From Acidobacteriota bacterium (lineage in GTDB: Bacteria; Acidobacteriota; Vicinamibacteria; Vicinamibacterales; 2-12-FULL-66-21), in contig JBBWZJ010000131.1 in the NCBI GenBank assembly GCA_039648985.1, forward strand, positions 1 through 59,869: 59,869 nt of DNA, given 5' to 3'. Made by a program: the position numbers and the translations under genes. The notes under the pieces are model-generated. The model saw only the letters and a list, made by a program, of their open reading frames with translations. It ran no database searches and had not been told where the DNA came from. Position 1 is the stretch's first letter. Every line of letters starts with the position of its first letter. Of this stretch, positions 36,401-44,176 are shown piece after piece.

Positions 36401-39400
36401 ATGGGCCGCCCCGTTGCGCATGCGCGCCAGGTGCCGACGCCGGCCGAGCGCTCGATGCTTCGCGCCACCGCCCGGAAAACGTGGCGCTTCTTCGAAGATC
36501 TTCTCGGGCCCGAAGACCACTGGCTGATCCCCGACAATTTCCAGGAGGACCGCAAGGAGCTCGTCGCGCACCGCACGTCGCCCACTAACATCGGGCTGCA
36601 GCTGATGTCCACGCTGTCCGCATTCGACTTCGGCTATCTCGGATTCCCCGGTGTCATCGAACGTCTGGAACGGACGTTTGCGACCCTGCTGGGGCTCGGA
36701 CGCTACCGCGGGCACTTCTACAACTGGTACGACACGCGCACGCTCGCGCCTCTCCTGCCGAGTTATGTCTCGACCGTCGACAGCGGAAATCTCGCCGGAT
36801 ACCTGCTGACCCTGAAGAACGGCATCGTCGCGCTGATCGAGGAGGCGCCCATCGTCGACGGCCGGGCGCTCCATGGCATCGAAGACACCATCGTCCTGCT
36901 GGAACAGGCCCTCGCCGGGATCGTGAGCAGCCGGAAGACGCCGCCAGCGCGTGCACTCGCGAGGGAGCTGACGGCCTTACGGGCTGCGCTCGCCGAGGGG
37001 CCGGCCACGCTTCCCGAGTGGCGGACACTGTTCGGGGCGGTCGATGCGCGGATTGCGGCGCTCGAGCCCCTGCTGCGGCAGATTGCCGTCACGACAGCAG
37101 AAGCGTCGTTTGCCGACGATGCGCGCCACTGGCTGGAGCGCGCGCGGGCCGCCGTTGAGGAGCGGACCGCCGATCTGGACGCGCTGGTCCCGTTCGCCGC
37201 GAGCGCCGGCGAATCACCCGCCACGCCAGGGCCGCTCGAGGTGCCGACGCTCGGTGCCCTCTTACGCTGGTACGCAGCAGCCACAGCCGAGATCGCCGGG
37301 AGCGACGACGCGCGGCGCCTGCACGCGATCATGGCCCCGGCGCACGCCTACGCGCAGGAACTGATCGATCGCGCCACACGTCTGTCGGACCTCGCCGACG
37401 ACTTCGTCGAAGAAACCGAATTCGGCTTTCTGTTCCACCCCGCGCGGCAGCTGTTCTCGATCGGTTACAGCGTGACCGACGGGCGCCTCGACACGTCCTA
37501 CTACGACACGCTCGCCTCCGAAGCGCGCCTGGCGAGCTTCGTCGCGATCGCCACAGGCCAGATCACGCACGAGCACTGGTTCAAGCTGGGGCGCGCGCTG
37601 ACGCCGACCGGCAGCGCCCGCGCGCTGCTGTCGTGGAGCGCGTCGATGTTCGAATATTTCATGCCGCTCCTGGTGATGCGCAGCTATCCCGCGACGCTGT
37701 TGAGCGAAACCTATCTCGCGGTCATCGAGCGGCAGGAGCAGTACGGCACGCAGCGCGGCGTTCCCTGGGGGATTTCGGAGTCGGCTTACAACGCGCAGGA
37801 CCTGCAGGGGAACTATCAATATCGCGCGTTCGGCGTGCCAGGCCTCGGGCTGAAGCGCGGTCTCGCCGACGATCTCGTCATCGCCCCGTACGCGTGCCTC
37901 CTGGCGGCGCCGGTCATGCCGCTCGACGTGATTCGCAATCTGGAACGGCTGACGGCGGCGGGGCTCTCCGGACGGTACGGCTTCTACGAGTCGATCGATT
38001 ACACGCCGGAGCGCATGCTGCCAGACGGCCGCGGCGCGGTGCTTCCCACGTACATGGCGCATCACCAGGGGATGAGCCTGGTCGCCCTGGACAACGCGCT
38101 GCACGACCGACCGATGCAGCAGCGGTTCCACGCCGACCCGCGCGTCCAGGCCGCCGAGCTGCTGCTGCAGGAGCGCATCCCGCACCTGGTCCCGCTCGTC
38201 AAGCCGCCAATGGAGATCATCACGCCGTCGCAGCCGCACGGAGTCGCAGAAGCGCCGTCGGTGCGCCGCTACCTGACCCCTCACACAGTGAGCCCCCGCA
38301 CGCAGCTGCTGTCGAATGGCTCGTACGGCGTGATGGTGACCAATGCCGGCGGCGGATACAGCCGGCGACAACAGCTTGCGCTGACCCGCTGGCGCGAGGA
38401 CGTGACCGGCGACGGCTGGGGCTCCTTCTGCTACGTGCGCGATATCGATTCGGGCGACGTGTGGTCGACGACCTATCAGCCGACGCAGCGTGAGCCCGAG
38501 AAATACGAAGTCAGCTTCGCCCCCGACCGGGCCGAATGGCGGCGGCTCGACTCGGGCATCGAGCTCGCCACCGAGCTCGTGGTCTCGCCCGAGGACGACG
38601 CGGAGCTCCGGCGGATCACTGTCACCAACCACAGTGGCCGCACCCGCCAGATCGAGCTGACCAGCTATGCCGAGGTGGTCCTTGCCCCCGGTGACGCCGA
38701 CCTCGCGCATCCGGCGTTCAGCAACCTGTTCGTCGAAACGCGCAGCGTGCCGGACCGGGATGCGTTGATCTGCGTGCGCCGTCCTCGCGAGGGGACCGGT
38801 CGGACGTTCCTGGTGCACGTGCTCAGCGGTCGCGCGCCGAGCGGCGTTCCGGTGCAGTGCGAGACCGATCGTGCGCGCTTCATCGGCCGCGGCGGCACGC
38901 TCGCCCGGCCGGCGGCGATGACCGCTGGAACGAACCTCTCGCAGACCACCGGAGCCGTCCTGGATCCCATCGTCAGCCTGCGGCACACCGTGCGCATCGC
39001 TCCGCGCACGACCGTCCGCCTGACCTTCACGACGGCATATGCAGATAACGAGGAAACAGCCCAGCACCTGATCGACAAGTACCACGACCGGCGGGCTGTC
39101 GCGCGTGCGCTGGCGCTGGCGAGCACGCACAGCCAGATCGAAATGCGCCATCTCGGGCTCACGATCGAGGACACGCTGCTCTTCCAGCGGCTTGGCGGGC
39201 GGCTGCTGTACGCGGACGCCGGCCTTCGGGATGCGGACGCGATCGCGCAGAACCGCCGGAGCCAGCGGGATCTCTGGAAGTACAGCATCTCGGGCGATCT
39301 CGCGATGCTCGTCGTGACCATCACGCAGGCGGACGAGGCGCCGCTCATCGTCGAACTGCTGAAGGCGCATGAGTACCTCAGACTGAAGGGGCTGTCGTTC

Positions 39401-42163
39401 GATCTCGTCGTGCTCAACCGTCACCCCGCGAGTTATCTGCAGGAGCTGCAGCAGGACCTGCAGCGCCTCATCGAAGGCAGCCCCGAACAGGCGTGGATCG
39501 ATCGGCCGGGCGGCGTGTTCCTGCGGCGGGCCGACATGATGCCGGCGGAGGATCTCCTGCTCATGCGCGCCAGCGCGCGGGTCGTGATGGATGCGGGCGA
39601 CGGTGGCCTTCGCAACCAGCTGACGGTTCCGCTCGTGCCGTTCACACCGCCGGCGAGACGGCCGGAGCGTCCGGTCGCGGATGCGCCGGAAACCGCCGCG
39701 GGGGCGCCTGTCGAGGCTCTGTCGAGCAGCGAGTATTCGAACGGGACCGGCGGGTTCGTCGAGCAGGGTCGCGAGTATGCGATCTGCACGGGGGGCGGCG
39801 CGGCGCTGCCCCCGGCCCCGTGGGCCAACGTGATTGCGCATGAAGGCTTCGGGTTCGCCTGCACGGAGACGGGTCCCGGCTACACGTGGGCGGGCAACAG
39901 CCACGACAACCGGCTCACGCCGTGGCGCAACGACCCGGTCGGCGATCCGCCCGGAGAGGCGGTGTTCATCCACGACATGGATACCGGACTCTCATGGTCC
40001 GCCACGCCATTGCCAGCCGGCGGCGGCCATCCGTACGTCACCCGCCACGGCCAGGGCTATTCGATCTACGAACACGAGCGCAGCGGACTCGTGTCGTCGC
40101 TCACGCTGTTCGTGCCCGACAAGGCGCCGCTGAAAGTTTTCCGGCTGACGCTGCGGAACCGTTCGGGGCGGCCGCGCCGCTGCAGCGTCACCTTGTATGT
40201 GGAGTGGGTGCTCGGAGAGAACCGATCCCGTACGGGCATCCACGTGGTGACGGGGATCGAGCCCGTGACCGGCGCGTTGATTGCGCGGAACGCGTTCCGC
40301 CAGGAGTTCTCCGAACGTGTGGCGTTTCTGGACCTGTCCCCGGTCGCGGGACGAAGCGTGACCGCGGATCGGACCGAGTTCATCCGCCGCAACGGAGCGC
40401 TCGAAGATCCGGCCGCGCTCGATCGCGAGTCGTTCTCGAACAGGACCGGGGCTGCGCTCGACCCGTGCGGCGCGATCCAGGTCCACGTGGATCTTCCCGC
40501 GTCCGGCGAACAGACGATCCTCGGGCTTCTCGGCGATGCCGCTGACGAAACCGAAGCGCGCCTCCTCGTCGAGCGCTACCGCGATCCCGCACGAGTGAAC
40601 CAGGCGCTCGAGGACGTTCTGCAGTTCTGGAACGGGTTGCTGGGCACGATCGAGGTCCGCACGCCGGACCGCGCGATGGATCTCGTGCTGAACCGTTGGC
40701 TTCTCTATCAGACCCTCGCCTGCCGCATCTGGGGGCGATCGGCCTTCTATCAGTCGAGCGGCGCCTTCGGATTCCGCGATCAGTTGCAGGACACGCTCGC
40801 GCTGCTCATGTCAGCGCCTCACCTCGTTCGCGCCCATCTGCTGCACGCCGCGTCGAGGCAATTCGTCGAAGGCGATGCGCAGCACTGGTGGCACGAGCCC
40901 GGCGGACAGGGTGTCCGGACACGGTTTTCCGACGACCGCCTCTGGCTCGTATACGCCGCGCTCCAATACATCGCGGCGACGGGCGACGACGGCGTGCTCG
41001 ACGAGAAGGTTCCCTTTCTCGCCCAGCGGCCGCTCAATCCGGACGAGCACGAGGTGTACGAGCATCCCACGGTCTCCAGTGACGTCGCGTCGTTGTACGA
41101 GCACTGCGTCCGCGCAGTTTCGGTCAGCCTCTCGACCGGCGCGCACGATCTCCCGCTGATGGGGACCGGCGACTGGAATGACGGGATGAACCTTGTGGGG
41201 AGTAACGGACGCGGCGAAAGCGTCTGGCTCGGATGGTTCCTCGTGTCCGTCCTTGGGCCCTTTGCGGACGTCGCCGCCGCCCGCGGCGACGCGGCGCGTG
41301 CGGCCGACTACCTGCGCCGTGCTGCGGCCCTTACGACCGCTCTCGAAGCGGCCTGGGACGGCGACTGGTACCGGCGCGCATATTTCGACGACGGAACGCC
41401 GCTCGGGTCGAAGGAGAACGTGGAGTGCCAGATTGACGCGATTGCGCAGTCATGGGCCGTCATCTCCGGCGCCGGCGAGCCGACGCGCGCCGCGCGTGCG
41501 ATGGACGCGGTGGACGAGCGGCTGATCCGGCGGGCCGACGGCATCTCGCTGCTCCTCACCCCTCCGTTCGATCGAATGGTGCCGAGCCCCGGCTATATCC
41601 AGGGGTATCTTCCGGGGGTGCGCGAGAACGGCGGCCAGTACACGCACGCGGCGTTGTGGAACGTCCTGGCGTTCGCGCGCATGGGCGACGGCGATCGTGC
41701 CGCCAGCCTGTTCGGACTGCTGAACCCCGTCAACCACACCCGCAACGCGGCCGACACCGACCGCTACCGCGCGGAGCCGTATGTCGTGGCTGCCGACGTG
41801 TACTCCGTCCCGCCGCATACCGGGCGTGGGGGCTGGACCTGGTACACGGGGTCCGCCGGGTGGATGTACCGCGTTGGGATCGAGGCCATTCTTGGCGTCA
41901 GCCTTCGACGCGGTGCGCTTCACGTCGATCCGTGCATTCCGCGCGAGTGGCCGCGATACGAAGCGATCTTCACGCGCGGCCGATCGTCGTATCGTATCCT
42001 CGTCGAAAACCCGTCCCGCGTGTGCCGGGGAGTGGAGCGCGTTGAGCTCGACGGCGGGGACATGGCGGGCGCCGACATCCCGATCGCGGATGACGGCCGC
42101 GAGCATACGGTGCGGGTCCTTCTCGGCTCCAGACGCGCTACAGCGGCCATCGGGCAGGAGTGA
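33455..42163 (+). CDS. ndvB: Cyclic beta-1,2-glucan synthase homologue (Cgs/NdvB/ChvB type; GT84-like plus GH94-like domains)
   Basis: A single 2,902-aa ORF with a GTG start. The N-terminal cytoplasmic region is followed by TM helices. The glycosyltransferase motifs VITLDSDTQLP and QHRWARGDWQ (QxxRW) are present, followed by further TM helices. A large alpha-helical central region precedes a C-terminal GH94-like region with PLMGTGDWNDGMN (about nt 41161-41190). All large antisense ORFs across it are Arg-rich shadows. Confidence 0.9.
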   Translation: MVTQTVQAGTGLLDRPAAAPTDIFSHDQLQAHAAAIAAAHTLAANPRRGRPLLPRLDDSAAVLDDAYRYLSSAARRDPQPVAAEDWLCDNYHVVQHQVREIQQHLPRRYYLELPKLADGAFQGYPRVYLLARELIAHTAGRIDVETLVDFCTAYQRTAVLSIGEVWAVPIMLRLALVEEVRRLADGVVSARRSREKARAWQDELVRGADWTERNVRHLLDAGAQADRRLSPAFVVELLAWLRDQSASAATAWSALQAALRDQGDSAEEMLRIEHQRQAGDQLAIGNAITSMRLLSSIDWTLFFERVSLVDRVLRGDPAGAYAEMDFPTRDRYRHSVEAVAKRTARQESDVAALAVGLARTAMRNDPGHDRSHHVGYYLISRGRFRLEREVGYRPSIRERLARFAFRHQALGYLGTLATFTAAGVLSMVIHAARLGTTGTQLWIVAAVVLLPVSELVISLVNLIVTAQVRPRELPKLAMRDGIPAANRTLVVVPVIVDSEASLGGFLHDLEVRSLGNRDQHLHFALLSDFPDADQASLDGEHEILEDARRRIDELNARYGAGRFHFLHRERRWNAAEHRWMGWERKRGKLTELNHLLRGATDTSFRVCHGDQHLLTSVRFVITLDSDTQLPMEAARRLVGTLAHPLNCPRFDPVLRRVTEGYGVLQPRVGVSVVSANSTAFARVFSGHVGVDPYTTAVSDVYQDLFHEGSYVGKGIYDVDAFEGSLANRVPENTLLSHDLFEGFYARAGLCTDIQLVDDYPTQYLAYAARQHRWARGDWQIARWLWRTVPDAAQRPVANTLPAIARWKILDNLRRSTLAPALTLLLAAGWTILPGSPLLWTLLAVLVLAFPAYIQVGRALSSRVRGVPLREHILAERDSVRTSARQSLLSTTFLAHQTYLMIDAVMRTVWRLLVSRRHLLEWVSAEQFARHDPTPLQVAQRMWAGPAGAVAMTVLVGAVAPTRLVLALPVIALWLASPAVAYLMGRPVAHARQVPTPAERSMLRATARKTWRFFEDLLGPEDHWLIPDNFQEDRKELVAHRTSPTNIGLQLMSTLSAFDFGYLGFPGVIERLERTFATLLGLGRYRGHFYNWYDTRTLAPLLPSYVSTVDSGNLAGYLLTLKNGIVALIEEAPIVDGRALHGIEDTIVLLEQALAGIVSSRKTPPARALARELTALRAALAEGPATLPEWRTLFGAVDARIAALEPLLRQIAVTTAEASFADDARHWLERARAAVEERTADLDALVPFAASAGESPATPGPLEVPTLGALLRWYAAATAEIAGSDDARRLHAIMAPAHAYAQELIDRATRLSDLADDFVEETEFGFLFHPARQLFSIGYSVTDGRLDTSYYDTLASEARLASFVAIATGQITHEHWFKLGRALTPTGSARALLSWSASMFEYFMPLLVMRSYPATLLSETYLAVIERQEQYGTQRGVPWGISESAYNAQDLQGNYQYRAFGVPGLGLKRGLADDLVIAPYACLLAAPVMPLDVIRNLERLTAAGLSGRYGFYESIDYTPERMLPDGRGAVLPTYMAHHQGMSLVALDNALHDRPMQQRFHADPRVQAAELLLQERIPHLVPLVKPPMEIITPSQPHGVAEAPSVRRYLTPHTVSPRTQLLSNGSYGVMVTNAGGGYSRRQQLALTRWREDVTGDGWGSFCYVRDIDSGDVWSTTYQPTQREPEKYEVSFAPDRAEWRRLDSGIELATELVVSPEDDAELRRITVTNHSGRTRQIELTSYAEVVLAPGDADLAHPAFSNLFVETRSVPDRDALICVRRPREGTGRTFLVHVLSGRAPSGVPVQCETDRARFIGRGGTLARPAAMTAGTNLSQTTGAVLDPIVSLRHTVRIAPRTTVRLTFTTAYADNEETAQHLIDKYHDRRAVARALALASTHSQIEMRHLGLTIEDTLLFQRLGGRLLYADAGLRDADAIAQNRRSQRDLWKYSISGDLAMLVVTITQADEAPLIVELLKAHEYLRLKGLSFDLVVLNRHPASYLQELQQDLQRLIEGSPEQAWIDRPGGVFLRRADMMPAEDLLLMRASARVVMDAGDGGLRNQLTVPLVPFTPPARRPERPVADAPETAAGAPVEALSSSEYSNGTGGFVEQGREYAICTGGGAALPPAPWANVIAHEGFGFACTETGPGYTWAGNSHDNRLTPWRNDPVGDPPGEAVFIHDMDTGLSWSATPLPAGGGHPYVTRHGQGYSIYEHERSGLVSSLTLFVPDKAPLKVFRLTLRNRSGRPRRCSVTLYVEWVLGENRSRTGIHVVTGIEPVTGALIARNAFRQEFSERVAFLDLSPVAGRSVTADRTEFIRRNGALEDPAALDRESFSNRTGAALDPCGAIQVHVDLPASGEQTILGLLGDAADETEARLLVERYRDPARVNQALEDVLQFWNGLLGTIEVRTPDRAMDLVLNRWLLYQTLACRIWGRSAFYQSSGAFGFRDQLQDTLALLMSAPHLVRAHLLHAASRQFVEGDAQHWWHEPGGQGVRTRFSDDRLWLVYAALQYIAATGDDGVLDEKVPFLAQRPLNPDEHEVYEHPTVSSDVASLYEHCVRAVSVSLSTGAHDLPLMGTGDWNDGMNLVGSNGRGESVWLGWFLVSVLGPFADVAAARGDAARAADYLRRAAALTTALEAAWDGDWYRRAYFDDGTPLGSKENVECQIDAIAQSWAVISGAGEPTRAARAMDAVDERLIRRADGISLLLTPPFDRMVPSPGYIQGYLPGVRENGGQYTHAALWNVLAFARMGDGDRAASLFGLLNPVNHTRNAADTDRYRAEPYVVAADVYSVPPHTGRGGWTWYTGSAGWMYRVGIEAILGVSLRRGALHVDPCIPREWPRYEAIFTRGRSSYRILVENPSRVCRGVERVELDGGDMAGADIPIADDGREHTVRVLLGSRRATAAIGQE

Positions 42164-42801
42164 TGTCTCCAGTGGTGCAGTCAATCCAGGTCGGCCGCCC
42201 GCAGGTGATTGCCGGCGACGAGCCCTGGCTGACCTCGATCTTCAAAGCCGCTGTTGCGGGACCCGTTCGACTCGAGACGAACAATCTCGAAGGCGATGCC
42301 CAGGCGGACTTGACCGTACATGGCGGACCTGACAAGGCCGTGTGCGTGTACTCCGGGGACCACTTCGCCGAGTGGGGCCGTCTCCTCGGCGAAAGCCGCT
42401 TCGGCGCCGGCGCGTTCGGCGAGAACTTCACTGTCACCGGGGTGGACGAGACGTCGGCGTTCGTCGGCGACATCTACACGATCGGAACGGCACGCGTGCA
42501 GGTCTCCCAGCCGCGAAGCCCCTGCTGGAAGCTGGCCGCGCGCTGGAGCCGCCCCGATCTGCCGCGGCTGGTCCTCGAATCGGGTCGGACCGGATGGTAC
42601 TTCCGCGTACTGCAGCCAGGCGTTGTCGCGCCGGGGGAAGAGCTCACACTTTCGGAACGGCCGTGTGTGGAGTGGAGCATCGCCCGGGTCAACGACGTGT
42701 CGTACGCAACCGGTCGGCACAAGGACGCGGCCGCCCGGCGCGCCCTTGCGGCCTGCGCCCCGCTGGCCCGCACGTGGCGCGCGTGGCTGCTCCGCGGGTA
42801 A
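42160..42801 (+). CDS. MOSC-domain protein (YiiM-like)
   Basis: 213 aa. The start overlaps the synthase stop (ATGA at 42160-42163). It shows LEGDAQADLTVHGGPDKAVCVY and the conserved-Cys region QVSQPRSPCWKL. Confidence 0.85.
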   Translation: MMSPVVQSIQVGRPQVIAGDEPWLTSIFKAAVAGPVRLETNNLEGDAQADLTVHGGPDKAVCVYSGDHFAEWGRLLGESRFGAGAFGENFTVTGVDETSAFVGDIYTIGTARVQVSQPRSPCWKLAARWSRPDLPRLVLESGRTGWYFRVLQPGVVAPGEELTLSERPCVEWSIARVNDVSYATGRHKDAAARRALAACAPLARTWRAWLLRG

Positions 42802-42806
42802 TCTCG

Positions 42807-44096
42807 GTGACGCCGCTCCTTCGCTTCGAGCTGACGGCCGTGCTGCTGGGGCTCGTGCTCCTCTTTACCGTCGTCCCGCACGCCATCACCGGTGATGGTC
42901 TCGTGCGTTACGACAGCCTGAACAAGCTGCTGACGACGGGGACGGTCCCGGAGCAGCGATATTCGTACGTCGGGCCTCTGTTTGCCGCGCCGCTCTGGCT
43001 GGCAGGCACACGGACCGAGCGCCTGTGGCTGGCGGAACGCTTCAACGTCATGCTCCTGGCGGCAGGAGCGCTGCTCCAGTGGCAACTCCTGCGCAAGTCG
43101 CTGACGCTTCAAGTCCGATCGGCATTCGTCCTGATGCTGGTGGCTGCCGGCATGATGCCGAACCACGTGCGGGACTTCTACGGCGAGGTGTTCACCGCGG
43201 TTGCCGTGGCGTCCGGGCTCCTGATCGTCCTGCTAGAAGAGCATGGCGCCGGATGGATGCTCGTGGTCGCGGGGGTTGTCAACACGCCGGCCTCGCTCGG
43301 CGGTCTCGTCCTCGTCGGCGGCTGGCGGTGGTGGCGGTCGCGCCGATACGACGCGGCAGCGGCAGTCCTGGTCGCGGCGGCATTGGTCCTGCTCGAGAAC
43401 CTCGTCGTCCGCGGCGGCGTTCTCGCGACGAGCTACAGCGGAGATCGGGGGCTGCACACCGTACTGCCCTTCTCCGGACGGAGCGGCTTCAGCTACCCGC
43501 TCATCGCCGGGCTGCTGTCGCTGCTGTTCTCGTTCGGCAAGGGGATCCTGTTTTTCTCGCCGGGGCTGCTCTTCGTCGCGCCGGCCCGCCGTGCCCTCGA
43601 CAGGCGCACGGCGGAAGTGCTCGACGCCTGGGTGCTCTTCCTGGCGGGGCTCCTGCTGGTGTACGCGCGATGGTGGGCGTGGTACGGAGGCTGGTTCTGG
43701 GGCCCGCGATTCCTGCTGATCGCCGTGTTTCCGTCGACCCTGGCGCTGGCGGTCATGTTGTCGGTGCCCGCGCGGCCCGCTCGCCGGCTGGCGGTTGGCG
43801 CCGTCGTGCTCTGGACGTTCTGGGTGGGCGTCTCGGGCGCAGTCTTCGGCAACGACGGGCTCGGCGTCTGCATGGAGAACGGCTATGCGCTCGAGCATCT
43901 CTGCTGGTACGTGCCGGAGTTCTCGCCGCTCATTCGCCCCCTGGTCATCCCGCCCGCGTCGCTCGCGGGCTGGCAGGTCACGTGGATGCTCTTTGCGGCG
44001 ATCGCGGGCGCCGCACTCGCGACATCCAGCGTAGCGGTGGTGCCACGGGACGCGCCCGGGCCGGACGGCCCGGATGCCGCTCCTGCGGGACGATAG
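42807..44096 (+). CDS. Polytopic integral membrane protein (about 10 TM; possibly GT-C-like)
   Basis: I chose the GTG at 42807, which is 6 nt after the MOSC stop and is the first in-frame start before the first helix (LLRFELTAVLLGLVLLFTVV). The protein has many hydrophobic helices, an early loop HAITGDGLVRYD, and FSFGKGILFFSPGLLF. The family assignment is a guess. Confidence 0.65.
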   Translation: MTPLLRFELTAVLLGLVLLFTVVPHAITGDGLVRYDSLNKLLTTGTVPEQRYSYVGPLFAAPLWLAGTRTERLWLAERFNVMLLAAGALLQWQLLRKSLTLQVRSAFVLMLVAAGMMPNHVRDFYGEVFTAVAVASGLLIVLLEEHGAGWMLVVAGVVNTPASLGGLVLVGGWRWWRSRRYDAAAAVLVAAALVLLENLVVRGGVLATSYSGDRGLHTVLPFSGRSGFSYPLIAGLLSLLFSFGKGILFFSPGLLFVAPARRALDRRTAEVLDAWVLFLAGLLLVYARWWAWYGGWFWGPRFLLIAVFPSTLALAVMLSVPARPARRLAVGAVVLWTFWVGVSGAVFGNDGLGVCMENGYALEHLCWYVPEFSPLIRPLVIPPASLAGWQVTWMLFAAIAGAALATSSVAVVPRDAPGPDGPDAAPAGR

Positions 44097-44176
44097 TACC
44101 CACGACACGCCACATCGGCGCTTGCGGGGCCTCTGGGGTTGATCTATGTTCCAGTCGTCATCACCTCCCCAGCCGT

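Noticed and set aside
33218-39973. Very long minus-strand ORFs antisense to the glucan synthase (33218..35383 at 721 aa, 35507..36874 at 455 aa, 37262..39973 at 903 aa).
   Set aside because: Their translations are dominated by Arg, Pro, Gly, Ala, Asp and His, with no motifs or hydrophobic structure. Long stop-free antisense frames are expected at about 70% GC. The plus-strand frame carries clear GT and GH94 motifs over the whole span.
43025-44176. N-terminal 384-aa extension of the kinase ORF overlapping the polytopic membrane protein gene.
   Set aside because: The extension is Arg/Gly/Pro-rich and out of frame with a convincing multi-helix membrane protein. The kinase glycine-loop context begins right after the ATG at 44177.
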